From the sequence record NC_031103.1: a DNA stretch of 64,000 bases; one strand, given 5' to 3'. The stretch comes from Escherichia phage vB_EcoM-UFV13. Made by a program: the position numbers and the translations under genes. Positions 1 to 8,843 of this stretch are shown here, piece after piece (positions within the stretch are counted from its first letter, which is position 1; every line of letters starts with the position of its first letter). Below the pieces are notes generated by a model. The model saw only the letters and a program-made list of their open reading frames with translations. It was not told the DNA's origin and searched no databases.

Positions 1-1488
1 TTTTAACACCTGAAACTTTTTCAGCAATATCACGCCAAGTAAATAAAAGAGCAATATCAATTCGCGCTTTTTCACCTTGACTGAATGAAGCATAACTAAA
101 ATCTTCACGACCACGGGATTTAATTGTCTCATTAAATTCTTCATCTAATGTAAACACATAATCCGCTTCCATTATTTTAAGATAATGGTTAATCTGCTTA
201 TTAAATAATGGAATGTACTTTTTAATAATAGCACCTTTAATACCAGAATCTTTGAGCATATCAGTCAAAATTCCTCGGTGGTATTTTTCCATTACTAAAT
301 TAGTTTTTGTCTTAACAATTTTATCAAGTTCTTCTTGAAGCAGTGCTATTTCATCAGCATGGTCAATAAACTCAGAAGATGCTTTTTCTATAGCTGCTTT
401 AACTTTTTTAGCTTTATCTACCGTCGTGATTAGAGATTGCTTTTTATTGCGAATATCATTTGCCAACGACTGCTGGGTTTTAATATTATCTCGGTATTCA
501 TCAACAAGAACTTTTAAATTATCACGATGTGTTGAAAGCTGGTCAAACGAATGCGTACATTCAGAAACTTTATCTTTAATTTTAGAAACAACTTTATCAC
601 CAGAACTTAATTGTGACAAACAGGTTGGACATAATCCACCTTCGTGATACATATTAATGACTTTATTATACGAGTCAATTTTTGATTTAATTAAAACTGC
701 TTCTTGACCGATTTTATTAAATGCATCAGTCGGGTCTTCATCCAAAACAATATTAACTAATCTTTCATTAGCTTCTTCTATTTCCGATTTTAGCGTTCTA
801 GCTTCTTTTGCCAAATCATCATACATATTTTGTAGACGAGTAAGGTTGTCACCCGTTAATTTTTTCTGGCGTTCAACGTTATCATTATATATTTTAATTT
901 GTTGGATAATACTATCTTTTTTAACATCAAGCACTTGGTTCTGCGAATTTAATTCACGTATTAGTGCTTTATTAAGCTTATCCATTTCAGCTAATGTTCC
1001 TACCTCAAGCAGGTCTTCCACAAGCTTTCTTCGCGCAGGGGTCGACAAACCCATGAAAGGGGTATACCCTGCTGTACCAAGGACAACAATCTGCTTGAAA
1101 CTGGCATATGACATTCCGATAAGCTGTTCAAATTCTGCTTGGAAATCTTTACTGCTGGCAGATTCATTAAGACGTGTACCGTTAACGGTGATTTCGAAAA
1201 CGTTTGGTTTTTGTCCTCTTTTGATATAGTACTTTTTCTCATCATATTCCATCCACAGTTCAACTAAAAGTTCTTTCTTATTTGTGCTGTTTATTAATTG
1301 ACCTTTCTTTACATCACGGAATGGCTTGCCAAAAAGCCCAAATGTGATGGCTTCTAACATAGTAGACTTACCACCGCCATTTCGTCCAGTAATAAGAGTT
1401 TTTTGAACCTTATCTAATTGAATGTCAATAGGATTTCCACCCACTGACATTATATTTTGATACCTAACTCGGTTTAGTTTAAAATTCT
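1..1488 (-). CDS. 46: Recombination endonuclease subunit gp46 (Rad50/SbcC-like ATPase); C-terminus runs off the window
   Basis: Hand translation of the minus strand gives KNFKLNRVRYQNIMSVGGNPIDIQ with Walker A GRNGGGKST; likely GTG start at 1486-1488 preceded by AAGGA; no stop before position 1. Confidence 0.9.
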
Positions 1489-1752
1489 TCACAAAAGATT
1501 CCTTTTAATGTATCTTTTAGACCATTCTATCATATCATCATAATCTAAAAAGTATTCATCAAATTCAGCCATGCAAACAACACCTTGTGCTGCTTTTGAT
1601 GTGATATAAATTATTCCAACATATCTAGAATCTTCTTCGGTGTAATCAATATTTGCTATGAATTCATCATTAATGTCAAATGTCGAAAACTTCACAGTAT
1701 GCATCCTTAATACAAGATACAGCCATATCTTGTAATGATTTAGGTGTGTCAT
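1489..1752 (-). CDS. Small hypothetical protein between genes 47 and 46 (46.1-like position)
   Basis: Minus-strand ORF in the gene 46-47 gap; true start may be an internal Met; overlaps the next ORF. Confidence 0.4.
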   Translation of the reverse strand: MTHLNHYKIWLYLVLRMHTVKFSTFDINDEFIANIDYTEEDSRYVGIIYITSKAAQGVVCMAEFDEYFLDYDDMIEWSKRYIKRNLL

Positions 1753-1939
1753 TATCTAAAATGTTGAAGTTAAAAGATACAGCCCAGTCAGTGCAGACTG
1801 TAACCTTTTTAATACAATTATCTTCAACCTCTAACGGTTCAAACCAATATTCAATAATTTCTTTATGACCAATATCATCTTTTACTTCGCATTCAAAATG
1901 CTGACTCATCATAACATTTTTAAATTCATCAAAAGTCAT
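1676..1939 (-). CDS. Small hypothetical protein (46.2-like position)
   Basis: Minus-strand 87-aa ORF immediately downstream of gene 47, start overlapping the gene 47 stop. Confidence 0.45.
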   Translation of the reverse strand: MTFDEFKNVMMSQHFECEVKDDIGHKEIIEYWFEPLEVEDNCIKKVTVCTDWAVSFNFNILDNDTPKSLQDMAVSCIKDAYCEVFDI

Positions 1940-2955
1940 TGTGTTGCCTCTACATATAACTGATTTGAATATTGAATAAGTGCTTCACGGTCAGAATCAG
2001 TGATGTCTGGAATTGCATTAATGTATTCTTCCATCAATGTCTGAAGCGATTGAACTTCAACTTCTTCACTGTCATCTGACTCGACAGAGTTATCAATTTT
2101 TGACACAACTCGTAATGAATGCACAACTTTTTCTAGTTCAGATTCGAACTTCGTCAGATTTTTGTCTACTTCAGTTACTATAACACGTACTGATAGATTT
2201 GTAAAATCTTTATAGTCAATTTTTCCTTTAAATGGATAATGAATTCTACGATGCCAGGTAGTATTGTTTGGAATAAATTCCATTCGTTCTGTTTCTGTAT
2301 CAAACATCCAGAACCCACGAGGGTCATTCTCGTCACCTGCAGTTAGTGTCCATGGTGTCCCAATATATCTGACGTTAGCAGCCTCAGAGATAGTATGGAA
2401 GTGACCAGACCACACCTCTTTATAAGTCTTAAGGAAATCAGGTTCAAGACCATGAGATTTCATTCCTTTATAAAAATAAAATCCATTCAGTTCCCAGTGA
2501 CCAACACAAAAAGAAGCAGATGAAGTTTTGATGTGTTCAAGAATTTCACCAGTATTTTCTTCACACATCCAAGGAATTAAATCAATCAAACATCCGTCAA
2601 AATCTACTGTAGTAGGCTTATCATATACTTTAACATTGGGATATTTAGCCAAAAGCTCAGTAGAGGCATTTGGAGTTAAAGTATTTTTAAAGTGCATATC
2701 ATGGTTTCCTACAACAGTATGTAGGGTAATACCAGCATCATCAAGCATTTGAACTATTTCACGAGCAAACTCCATAGTTTTATGCGTGATTGCTTTTCGC
2801 ACATCAAAAATATCGCCGTATTGAATCCAGGTAGTAATTCCATTTTTCTTAGAATATTCTATTGCTTGTTTAATTCCATCCAACTGAATGGATTGAACCC
2901 ACTCATCATCGGCTTTAACGCCTAAATGCCAATCACCTAAATTTAAAATTTTCAT
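1936..2955 (-). CDS. 47: Recombination nuclease subunit gp47 (Mre11/SbcD-like phosphoesterase)
   Basis: 339-aa ORF; metallophosphatase motifs GDWHLG, GDIFD, GNHD, GHFH; same length as T4 gp47. Confidence 0.9.
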   Translation of the reverse strand: MKILNLGDWHLGVKADDEWVQSIQLDGIKQAIEYSKKNGITTWIQYGDIFDVRKAITHKTMEFAREIVQMLDDAGITLHTVVGNHDMHFKNTLTPNASTELLAKYPNVKVYDKPTTVDFDGCLIDLIPWMCEENTGEILEHIKTSSASFCVGHWELNGFYFYKGMKSHGLEPDFLKTYKEVWSGHFHTISEAANVRYIGTPWTLTAGDENDPRGFWMFDTETERMEFIPNNTTWHRRIHYPFKGKIDYKDFTNLSVRVIVTEVDKNLTKFESELEKVVHSLRVVSKIDNSVESDDSEEVEVQSLQTLMEEYINAIPDITDSDREALIQYSNQLYVEATQ

Positions 2956-3105
2956 ATATCAAGAACCGTCATTGAAATGCAAAATAAAATTATTGAAATA
3001 AATCCATCTGGAGTGCTAAAGAACCCAATCCAACATGCTCTAGTGAATAGATAAAATGCAAGAAAAAGTATCACATATCCAAGAAATATCATTATATCAA
3101 ACTCC

Positions 3106-3130
3106 GTATAAAGCTAAAGGGCCGAAGCCC
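3106..3130 (-). terminator. Hairpin terminator after a-gt
   Basis: GGGC-CGAA-GCCC hairpin (UUCG loop on the transcript) followed by a U-rich tract, just 3' of the a-gt stop. Confidence 0.6.
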
Positions 3131-3131
3131 T

Positions 3132-4334
3132 TTATTTTGTAATAATGTCAAACTGTTCTTTAAAGCAGAAGCTTGAATCTTGGTGCTGATACAAAAATTC
3201 ATATGCTTTTTCTCGCTCACGGTCATAAAGAGCTCGGTCAGATGACAGTTCTTTAATACGTTCAAATGTTGATTCCATGTCATTTTCATCAAACCAAATG
3301 ATACCGCTATCATGCGAGGTCAAAGGAGTATTATCAACACGGAATTTTAAATTTTCGCCAGTAGATTTCCAAAATACCGGAATTGTTCCACATGCACCAA
3401 GCTCGAGATGAGTATATTCTAAAGAACGTTGTAGATATTTTTTGTCCAACTTACTCAGCTGATAACCAAATCCGGATTTACTCATACGTTCAAGCATTTC
3501 GCTATTTACATAACGGTCAAGAATTTGCGTTGGCAAATTAGGAGCAATTTTAATTTGGTCTACTTGATGAAGACGATAATACTCGTATGGAATTCCTTTT
3601 TCTTTAATGGGAATGAACGCTGGAGAACGTTCCAGACCTTCCATAATAGTACTTAGTCCTGCAGGTTTAAGATGTTTTTCATGAAAATCAAACATCTGAT
3701 AAAAACCTTTCCATGTAGTCGTACGACCAATCCAACGGTTGATATTCATGTTAATTTCAGAAACATCTTTCCAGTATGTTGACCGAACCTTCGCAATATC
3801 CATAGGAGGCTGAAAGTTATATACTGTCGGTGCTTCTTCAATATCATCAAACAGAGAAACAGTTTCTGGATACCATTCTTTCATCAGAACTTTATTAAAA
3901 TCACCATTATCAGAATGGCTAAAAATAACATCAGCTCGACGAACAGTTTCTTCTAATCCCAAATTTCGACGCAAAGAAAGAGAAGAATGGTCATGTTGAT
4001 AAACTACAACACGAACAGAAGGTTTAATGTTATCAATAATTTTTTTATAGTTATTAATAGTGTCTTCTTCAACCGAAGTAGCAGGAACTGAATTGATAAT
4101 TAGAATATCACAATCATTTACCAGCTTAAGTGTTTTATCGTATTCTTTTGCCAATAAAACCGGAATTGAAAATGATTTATAATCATGCGCACAATTACGA
4201 GTAAATGATTTATCTTTAGCATAAACCAAAGTTACTTCATGACCATTTTTAATAAACCAATCACGTTGCTCAAGAGAAAATTTAGTTACACCACAACCTT
4301 CAAGACCTCGAGCCATAAAAATACATACTTTCAT
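3132..4334 (-). CDS. a-gt: DNA alpha-glucosyltransferase
   Basis: 400-aa ORF matching the T4 alpha-glucosyltransferase as I recall it (MKVCIFMARGLEGCGVTKFS...), same length, located after gene 47. Confidence 0.85.
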   Translation of the reverse strand: MKVCIFMARGLEGCGVTKFSLEQRDWFIKNGHEVTLVYAKDKSFTRNCAHDYKSFSIPVLLAKEYDKTLKLVNDCDILIINSVPATSVEEDTINNYKKIIDNIKPSVRVVVYQHDHSSLSLRRNLGLEETVRRADVIFSHSDNGDFNKVLMKEWYPETVSLFDDIEEAPTVYNFQPPMDIAKVRSTYWKDVSEINMNINRWIGRTTTWKGFYQMFDFHEKHLKPAGLSTIMEGLERSPAFIPIKEKGIPYEYYRLHQVDQIKIAPNLPTQILDRYVNSEMLERMSKSGFGYQLSKLDKKYLQRSLEYTHLELGACGTIPVFWKSTGENLKFRVDNTPLTSHDSGIIWFDENDMESTFERIKELSSDRALYDREREKAYEFLYQHQDSSFCFKEQFDIITK

Positions 4335-4387
4335 TTAATATCCTCTTTGTTTTGGTTTATTTTACCAAAAATTTATAAAGCAATATA

Positions 4388-4401
4388 GGAGCCGAAGCTC
4401 C
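4388..4401 (-). terminator. GC hairpin, terminator or RNA stabiliser
   Basis: GGAGC-CGAA-GCTCC perfect hairpin in the intergenic region upstream of a-gt; weak U-tract. Confidence 0.4.
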
Positions 4402-4574
4402 TATCCGCATAATACGCCATACAGAGGCTCGTTAGAACTTTTAAATTTTATGCGCTTATATGTTATAGTTCCTTCTGCTTTAGCTTTATCATGAGACTCT
4501 TTAAAGAGTCTCATCATTTCTACTTTAGAGGAACGAATTTTATTATCTATTTCACAAGTCTGGGCGTTCATCTT

Positions 4575-4781
4575 TCACAGTTGCCACCATTTTTTGACTT
4601 GATAGGAATCAACCCACACTTTCATATTAGGGTCTGCTCTTACAATAGGAGGATTAACTTCTTTAATTGAACTATCATGGTATTCTTTTTCAGAAATTTT
4701 CACACAAAGATGACCATTCAAAGATTCAGTAAATCCTGCATTAATTTTAAGACGCTTGAATTTTACGTGTGTAAGCATCAA
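4575..4781 (-). CDS. Hypothetical small protein
   Basis: Minus-strand ORF in the a-gt to 55 interval; overlaps the upstream ORF so the start is uncertain. Confidence 0.35.
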   Translation of the reverse strand: MMLTHVKFKRLKINAGFTESLNGHLCVKISEKEYHDSSIKEVNPPIVRADPNMKVWVDSYQVKKWWQL

Positions 4782-5064
4782 TCATATCCTCAATCTGCGA
4801 TCTAGTAGTCTTCCAAAGAATACTGATGAGTTCATCGTTATATGGCTGTTTTAGAATATCCCGACTTTTCTTGATAGCATATTCGTATTGAGCAAAATTA
4901 TTATTTTCAGCTGCAATCTGAGCGTGCTTATAAAGACGATTCAGTTCGCGTTTGTTTTTAGACAATAACTTATTTGCTTTTCTTTCTGCTTCAAGACGGT
5001 TCTTTTCTTCAATAGAAGAAATAAGCTTTTCCACTTCATCATTAATTTCGGGTTTATCAGTCAT
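4747..5064 (-). CDS. Hypothetical protein, charged and helical
   Basis: 105-aa minus-strand ORF tiling with its neighbours. Confidence 0.5.
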   Translation of the reverse strand: MTDKPEINDEVEKLISSIEEKNRLEAERKANKLLSKNKRELNRLYKHAQIAAENNNFAQYEYAIKKSRDILKQPYNDELISILWKTTRSQIEDMIDAYTRKIQAS

Positions 5065-5065
5065 A

Positions 5066-5284
5066 TTATTTCTCTAATATAAAATAAAAATCATCATCTG
5101 TTAAATGATACCGATAGTTTAATTCTACACCATTAGATTTAAAAGCGGTATCATACGGATTTTCTGGATCAATATCAATGTCAAGAGCTAAAACTTCCCT
5201 GAGATACATTTTAAGTAAATAGGGAATAGCTTCAACTTCAGGTATTTCTTCCAAGAATCCGGAGAGGTTAATCGTTAGCCTCAT
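5066..5284 (-). CDS. Hypothetical small protein
   Basis: 72-aa ORF directly downstream of gene 55; tight tiling. Confidence 0.45.
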
Positions 5285-5831
5285 ATAAAAAATCCAAACT
5301 AGGAGAATCGTCTACAACACTTTTCTTTTCAGCCCCCGGTGTTCTATAGGTTGATTCTTCGTAATGCGTCATTTTATCGTAGATGTCTTGAATAAAAGTT
5401 TCATCTACTAACGCAACCATATCGTCGTCACGACTGTCATAGACATTGTGAACGAAGTAACTATATTTCTTTGCAACTTCCTTACGTTCTTTTTTAATAC
5501 GCTGGACGAATGCATTAAAACAAGCTTGAGTTATATATGCATGTGGGTTTTTATATTTCGTTTCATCAAAATTGTGAAGCCCCTTAATAGAAGCTTCTAT
5601 ACCATCTGCAATCATTTCTTGTTTCCAAGACTGGGTGTATCCTGAAAAGTTGAAACGTTTAGATAAGCCTTCTGCAATAAGCATAATGGCTAATCCGATA
5701 GTATCATTCTGACGAACTACTTTATTTGGGTCTTTATTATTTGCTAATTCTGTTTTCCAATCAATAATAGCTTGTAAAAGCTCTTTATTGTTTACGTAAT
5801 TATATTTAGGCTTAGTTTCTGACATTTTCAC
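5268..5831 (-). CDS. 55: Late-transcription sigma factor gp55
   Basis: ORF with [24 protein letters not shown]-terminus and a size (185-187 aa) matching T4 gp55; located between a-gt and nrdH. Confidence 0.85.
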
Positions 5832-5903
5832 CTCTTAGCTCAATTCATAGATCTATTATATCATAATATTTGAAGATCTATCTTAAAGCATAGAGGATAT
5901 CAG

Positions 5904-6173
5904 TTATCTAAGTAAACAGTATGCTTGGAACACTTTTTCCATCATCTTTTTAAATTCATGAATATCTATGTAATGACTAGTTAAATCAGCATGATATAAA
6001 AAGTCTAAAAACTTTTCATGTGTACTAACATATTCACTTTCATTTAATTCAGAAACATGGCTTTCCCAATATCCAACACCAGTCTTATTTGGGAAAAATG
6101 AAATTTTCATGTATTGGTCAACATAGAAAATACCATAATTTTCAATAGTAATAGAAATATTAATAAATTTCAT
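5904..6173 (-). CDS. Hypothetical protein
   Basis: 89-aa minus-strand ORF in the 55-nrdH small-gene block. Confidence 0.45.
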   Translation of the reverse strand: MKFINISITIENYGIFYVDQYMKISFFPNKTGVGYWESHVSELNESEYVSTHEKFLDFLYHADLTSHYIDIHEFKKMMEKVFQAYCLLR

Positions 6174-6385
6174 ACATTCATCAACTTAGCCGCTTCAAGA
6201 GCTGCATCTAGTGAATCAAATTGATCAACATATTCAATCAATTCGCCGTAATTAGCGTATAACCACCATTGGCTAAATTCATACTCAAGGATGAATCCGT
6301 TTCCTTCAATTTGAGTTAAACCAATGCCATTTGTATTTACTTCATACCCAGCAAGACGTAAATCGTTAATAAGAGCTTCGTTCAT
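6170..6385 (-). CDS. Hypothetical acidic protein
   Basis: 71-aa ORF, stop/start overlap with neighbours. Confidence 0.5.
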   Translation of the reverse strand: MNEALINDLRLAGYEVNTNGIGLTQIEGNGFILEYEFSQWWLYANYGELIEYVDQFDSLDAALEAAKLMNV

Positions 6386-6387
6386 AA

Positions 6388-6714
6388 TTATACCTTAGTA
6401 ATTTTCAGGTCTGCAAATTTTTTCTTGCGTTGATTTTTCATGCGACGAATAGTCTTATCGGAAATTTCATGCTTTTGATAAGCTTTAGATTCTACACCAA
6501 AAGCTTTAACATCAAATTCTGACAAGATATATTGAACTAACAATTCACGGACAGTATTGCGTCCAATCTTCTGATCATTCTGTTTCATCGTCTGATGAAG
6601 CTCTTTTTCCCATTTATCCAAACTTTGAGGAGTTACAATATCGCCTTTTTCTAGCAAAGAAACTACTTTATCATATGCATAAGAATTGATGGCGTTTTTA
6701 ATTTGAATAGTCAT
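6388..6714 (-). CDS. Hypothetical protein
   Basis: 108-aa ORF with tight spacing. Confidence 0.5.
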   Translation of the reverse strand: MTIQIKNAINSYAYDKVVSLLEKGDIVTPQSLDKWEKELHQTMKQNDQKIGRNTVRELLVQYILSEFDVKAFGVESKAYQKHEISDKTIRRMKNQRKKKFADLKITKV

Positions 6715-6739
6715 ACATTATCCTCAATTGCGTTAAAAT

Positions 6740-6766
6740 TTTATTATCCAAAAAGGGCCGAAGCCC
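6740..6766 (-). terminator. Hairpin terminator
   Basis: GGGC-CGAA-GCCC hairpin immediately 3' of the stop at 6767, followed by UUUUUGG on the transcript. Confidence 0.6.
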
Positions 6767-6967
6767 TTAGCTAAACTGTTTGGCACCCTTCCAGCCTTCG
6801 TACATCATTGCGGCTGATATTAATATTGCTCCTGAGCATTTTGAATATTTGTGATTCCAAAACCAGTTTAGAAAAACTTCGTCATCAATACCTTGGGCTA
6901 TCATATTTTCAAAGAACTGACGACGAGCTTCAGCAATTCGTTGCGATAATTTAGATTCAGGATTCAT
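6767..6967 (-). CDS. Hypothetical protein
   Basis: 66-aa ORF followed by the terminator hairpin. Confidence 0.45.
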   Translation of the reverse strand: MNPESKLSQRIAEARRQFFENMIAQGIDDEVFLNWFWNHKYSKCSGAILISAAMMYEGWKGAKQFS

Positions 6968-7099
6968 TTAAATTTTCCAGTTACCATTTTCATCAATAAA
7001 TTTAATCCAGTCATTTACTGACCACTTAGTTGTATCGCCTTTTGGAGTAACATTTAAAGTGTATAACCCCTGCTTAAAAAGCATTCGTTTGATATTCAT
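6968..7099 (-). CDS. Hypothetical small protein
   Basis: Likely real start at MNIKRML with a strong SD (GAGGAAAAT) rather than the ORF-track start; about 43 aa. Confidence 0.3.
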   Translation of the reverse strand: MNIKRMLFKQGLYTLNVTPKGDTTKWSVNDWIKFIDENGNWKI

Positions 7100-7106
7100 A
7101 TTTTCC

Positions 7107-7400
7107 TCAGCTGTAACGATAACACTCGTTTGATTTGCGCTTAGCAACTCGTTGAGATGTATTGTAATCAAAATCATCGTCAATGTAAACTGATTTTTTC
7201 AACTTTCTTACTTCACCACGTAATTGACGATTTAGCTCATCTTTAACTTCTGAATCAATGCCTTTCATTCTACGCCATTTATCAGAGCGAAAAATGTTTT
7301 CAACCATATCTTTATGACTTACACCATCAGGAGCTTTACGCTTTCCGAAATAGTCATAATCACGAACTTTTAAGTCTTTACGACGATACGTTTTACCCAT
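7107..7400 (-). CDS. Hypothetical basic protein
   Basis: Start taken at the internal Met (MGKTYRRKDL), which overlaps the upstream stop; Lys/Arg-rich. Confidence 0.5.
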   Translation of the reverse strand: MGKTYRRKDLKVRDYDYFGKRKAPDGVSHKDMVENIFRSDKWRRMKGIDSEVKDELNRQLRGEVRKLKKSVYIDDDFDYNTSQRVAKRKSNECYRYS

Positions 7401-7575
7401 GGAGTTTGATTTCCTTAGCAACTGAACTAAATACAGCACGGTCACAAATCATCTGTTTATGTAACTTGAGTATAAGATAATAAACTTCAAAACCGTTTAC
7501 ATAAGTAACACGAACAACATTACCATTAATAAAATAATATTGTCCCTTTTTAATTTCTTTATCAACCACAACCAT
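7393..7575 (-). CDS. Hypothetical small protein
   Basis: 60-aa ORF about 25 nt downstream of an early promoter. Confidence 0.45.
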   Translation of the reverse strand: MVVVDKEIKKGQYYFINGNVVRVTYVNGFEVYYLILKLHKQMICDRAVFSSVAKEIKLHG

Positions 7576-7603
7576 ATCAAATCCTCAAAGGCAATTCATA
7601 TGT

Positions 7604-7640
7604 TAATAATACCACAGTTTGAACTTCTTGTAAACAACTT
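7604..7640 (-). promoter_or_regulatory. T4-type early promoter
   Basis: Minus strand reads GTTTAC, a 15-nt spacer, then TGGTATTAT, with the conserved A/T-rich upstream AAAGTTGTTTAC. Confidence 0.7.
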
Positions 7641-7702
7641 TGTGAAAAATATTTTAGGGAATGACAAGAAGGGAACGATAGCTTAGAATGGTAATATACA
7701 GA

Positions 7703-7730
7703 ATGCGAGAAAGAAAGGCCCAGAGGGCCC
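7703..7730 (-). terminator. Hairpin terminator after nrdH
   Basis: GGCCC-AGA-GGGCC hairpin with a U-rich tail on the transcript, just 3' of the nrdH stop. Confidence 0.55.
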
Positions 7731-7733
7731 GTC

Positions 7734-8042
7734 TTAATCTTCTATGATATCTCTATCATATCCAAGTGAAATGAGAGTTTCTTTGAAGTGTTTAATGTTC
7801 TTTTGTCTAGAATCATTAATGAAAATGACCGGATAACGAATGTTAAGAGATGTGAATCCAGCGCGTTTAGCAAGAGATACAATCAGTGGACGATCATACT
7901 CAATCTTACCATTATTTGTAAGAACTTTATAGAAAGTAAAAGGAGCATTGAGCTCCTTTAGAAGTTTTGTAACTGATTGACATCCAGGACAACGACCTAC
8001 TTCATCTGGAATTCCATAGACTTCAATCTTATTTTGTTTCAC
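7734..8042 (-). CDS. nrdH: Glutaredoxin-like protein
   Basis: 102-aa ORF with a CPGC redox motif after the first strand and a glutaredoxin-like layout; adjacent to nrdG/nrdD. Confidence 0.6.
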   Translation of the reverse strand: MKQNKIEVYGIPDEVGRCPGCQSVTKLLKELNAPFTFYKVLTNNGKIEYDRPLIVSLAKRAGFTSLNIRYPVIFINDSRQKNIKHFKETLISLGYDRDIIED

Positions 8043-8044
8043 AA

Positions 8045-8257
8045 CTATTCCTTACTAAGAGCAGCATTCAGCTTGTTAGTAATTTTATCCAAACGCTCAT
8101 TGAACTCACTAGAAGATAAGCCCTTTTCTGGAGAAATCAAACTAATCACGAAAAATATAGCAATAAAAGGAATAAGAAAAATAGCACCAACTGCCATGAA
8201 CAAAAAGAATGTTACAGTTGTAAGAAAATCAGCTAAACCTTTACGAAATTTATACAT
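8045..8257 (-). CDS. Small membrane protein
   Basis: 70-aa ORF with one strong hydrophobic helix (FFLFMAVGAIFLIPFIAIFFVISLI). Confidence 0.5.
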   Translation of the reverse strand: MYKFRKGLADFLTTVTFFLFMAVGAIFLIPFIAIFFVISLISPEKGLSSSEFNERLDKITNKLNAALSKE

Positions 8258-8372
8258 ATTTTACCCTTAATTGATTAACCAAGCATTGATAAGTACTAAA
8301 CTATACTGTGAATAAAATTCTGGACCAAAATGAAAAATCATATCATTTATAGTATCCATAATATAATTCAAT

Positions 8373-8843
8373 TTAATCATGTGTCCACACCCCATCGGTA
8401 TTTGACCAAAGTCGCTGATTATCTGATCCTCGCCACAGCTTTTTGGTCGGAAGATTTTTCTCATACTTCCCATCAATAATAACATCAACATATTTAAGCA
8501 TTTCTAGTTGTTTAATATCTTCAAACTTATATCCTGTCCACAACCAAATGCTTTTACTGGGATAAAGATTTTTTACTGTTTGAACAATGCAATGAATCAC
8601 ATCTCTGTTATCAGGATAAAGAGGGTCACCCCCAGTTATAGTTAATCCTTCTATATAATCATTATTCAAACATTCAATTAATTGCTCTAGTGTCTCTCCA
8701 GTGAATGGAATACCATTTCTAGCATTCCATGTTGATTTATTATAACACCCTTCGCATTTATGCAAACAACCTGTAACGAAAAGAACGACCCTGCATCCAG
8801 GGCCATTCACAAAATCGCAAGGATAAAATCTATCATAATTCAT
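8373..8843 (-). CDS. nrdG: Anaerobic ribonucleotide reductase activating protein (radical SAM)
   Basis: 156 aa; CLHKCEGC radical-SAM cysteine motif; overlaps the nrdD stop. Confidence 0.9.
   Translation of the reverse strand: MNYDRFYPCDFVNGPGCRVVLFVTGCLHKCEGCYNKSTWNARNGIPFTGETLEQLIECLNNDYIEGLTITGGDPLYPDNRDVIHCIVQTVKNLYPSKSIWLWTGYKFEDIKQLEMLKYVDVIIDGKYEKNLPTKKLWRGSDNQRLWSNTDGVWTHD

Noticed and set aside
1000-1263. 87-codon minus-strand ORF inside gene 46
   Set aside because: It is an alternative frame of the gp46 coding region; the gp46 frame is continuous and matches T4.
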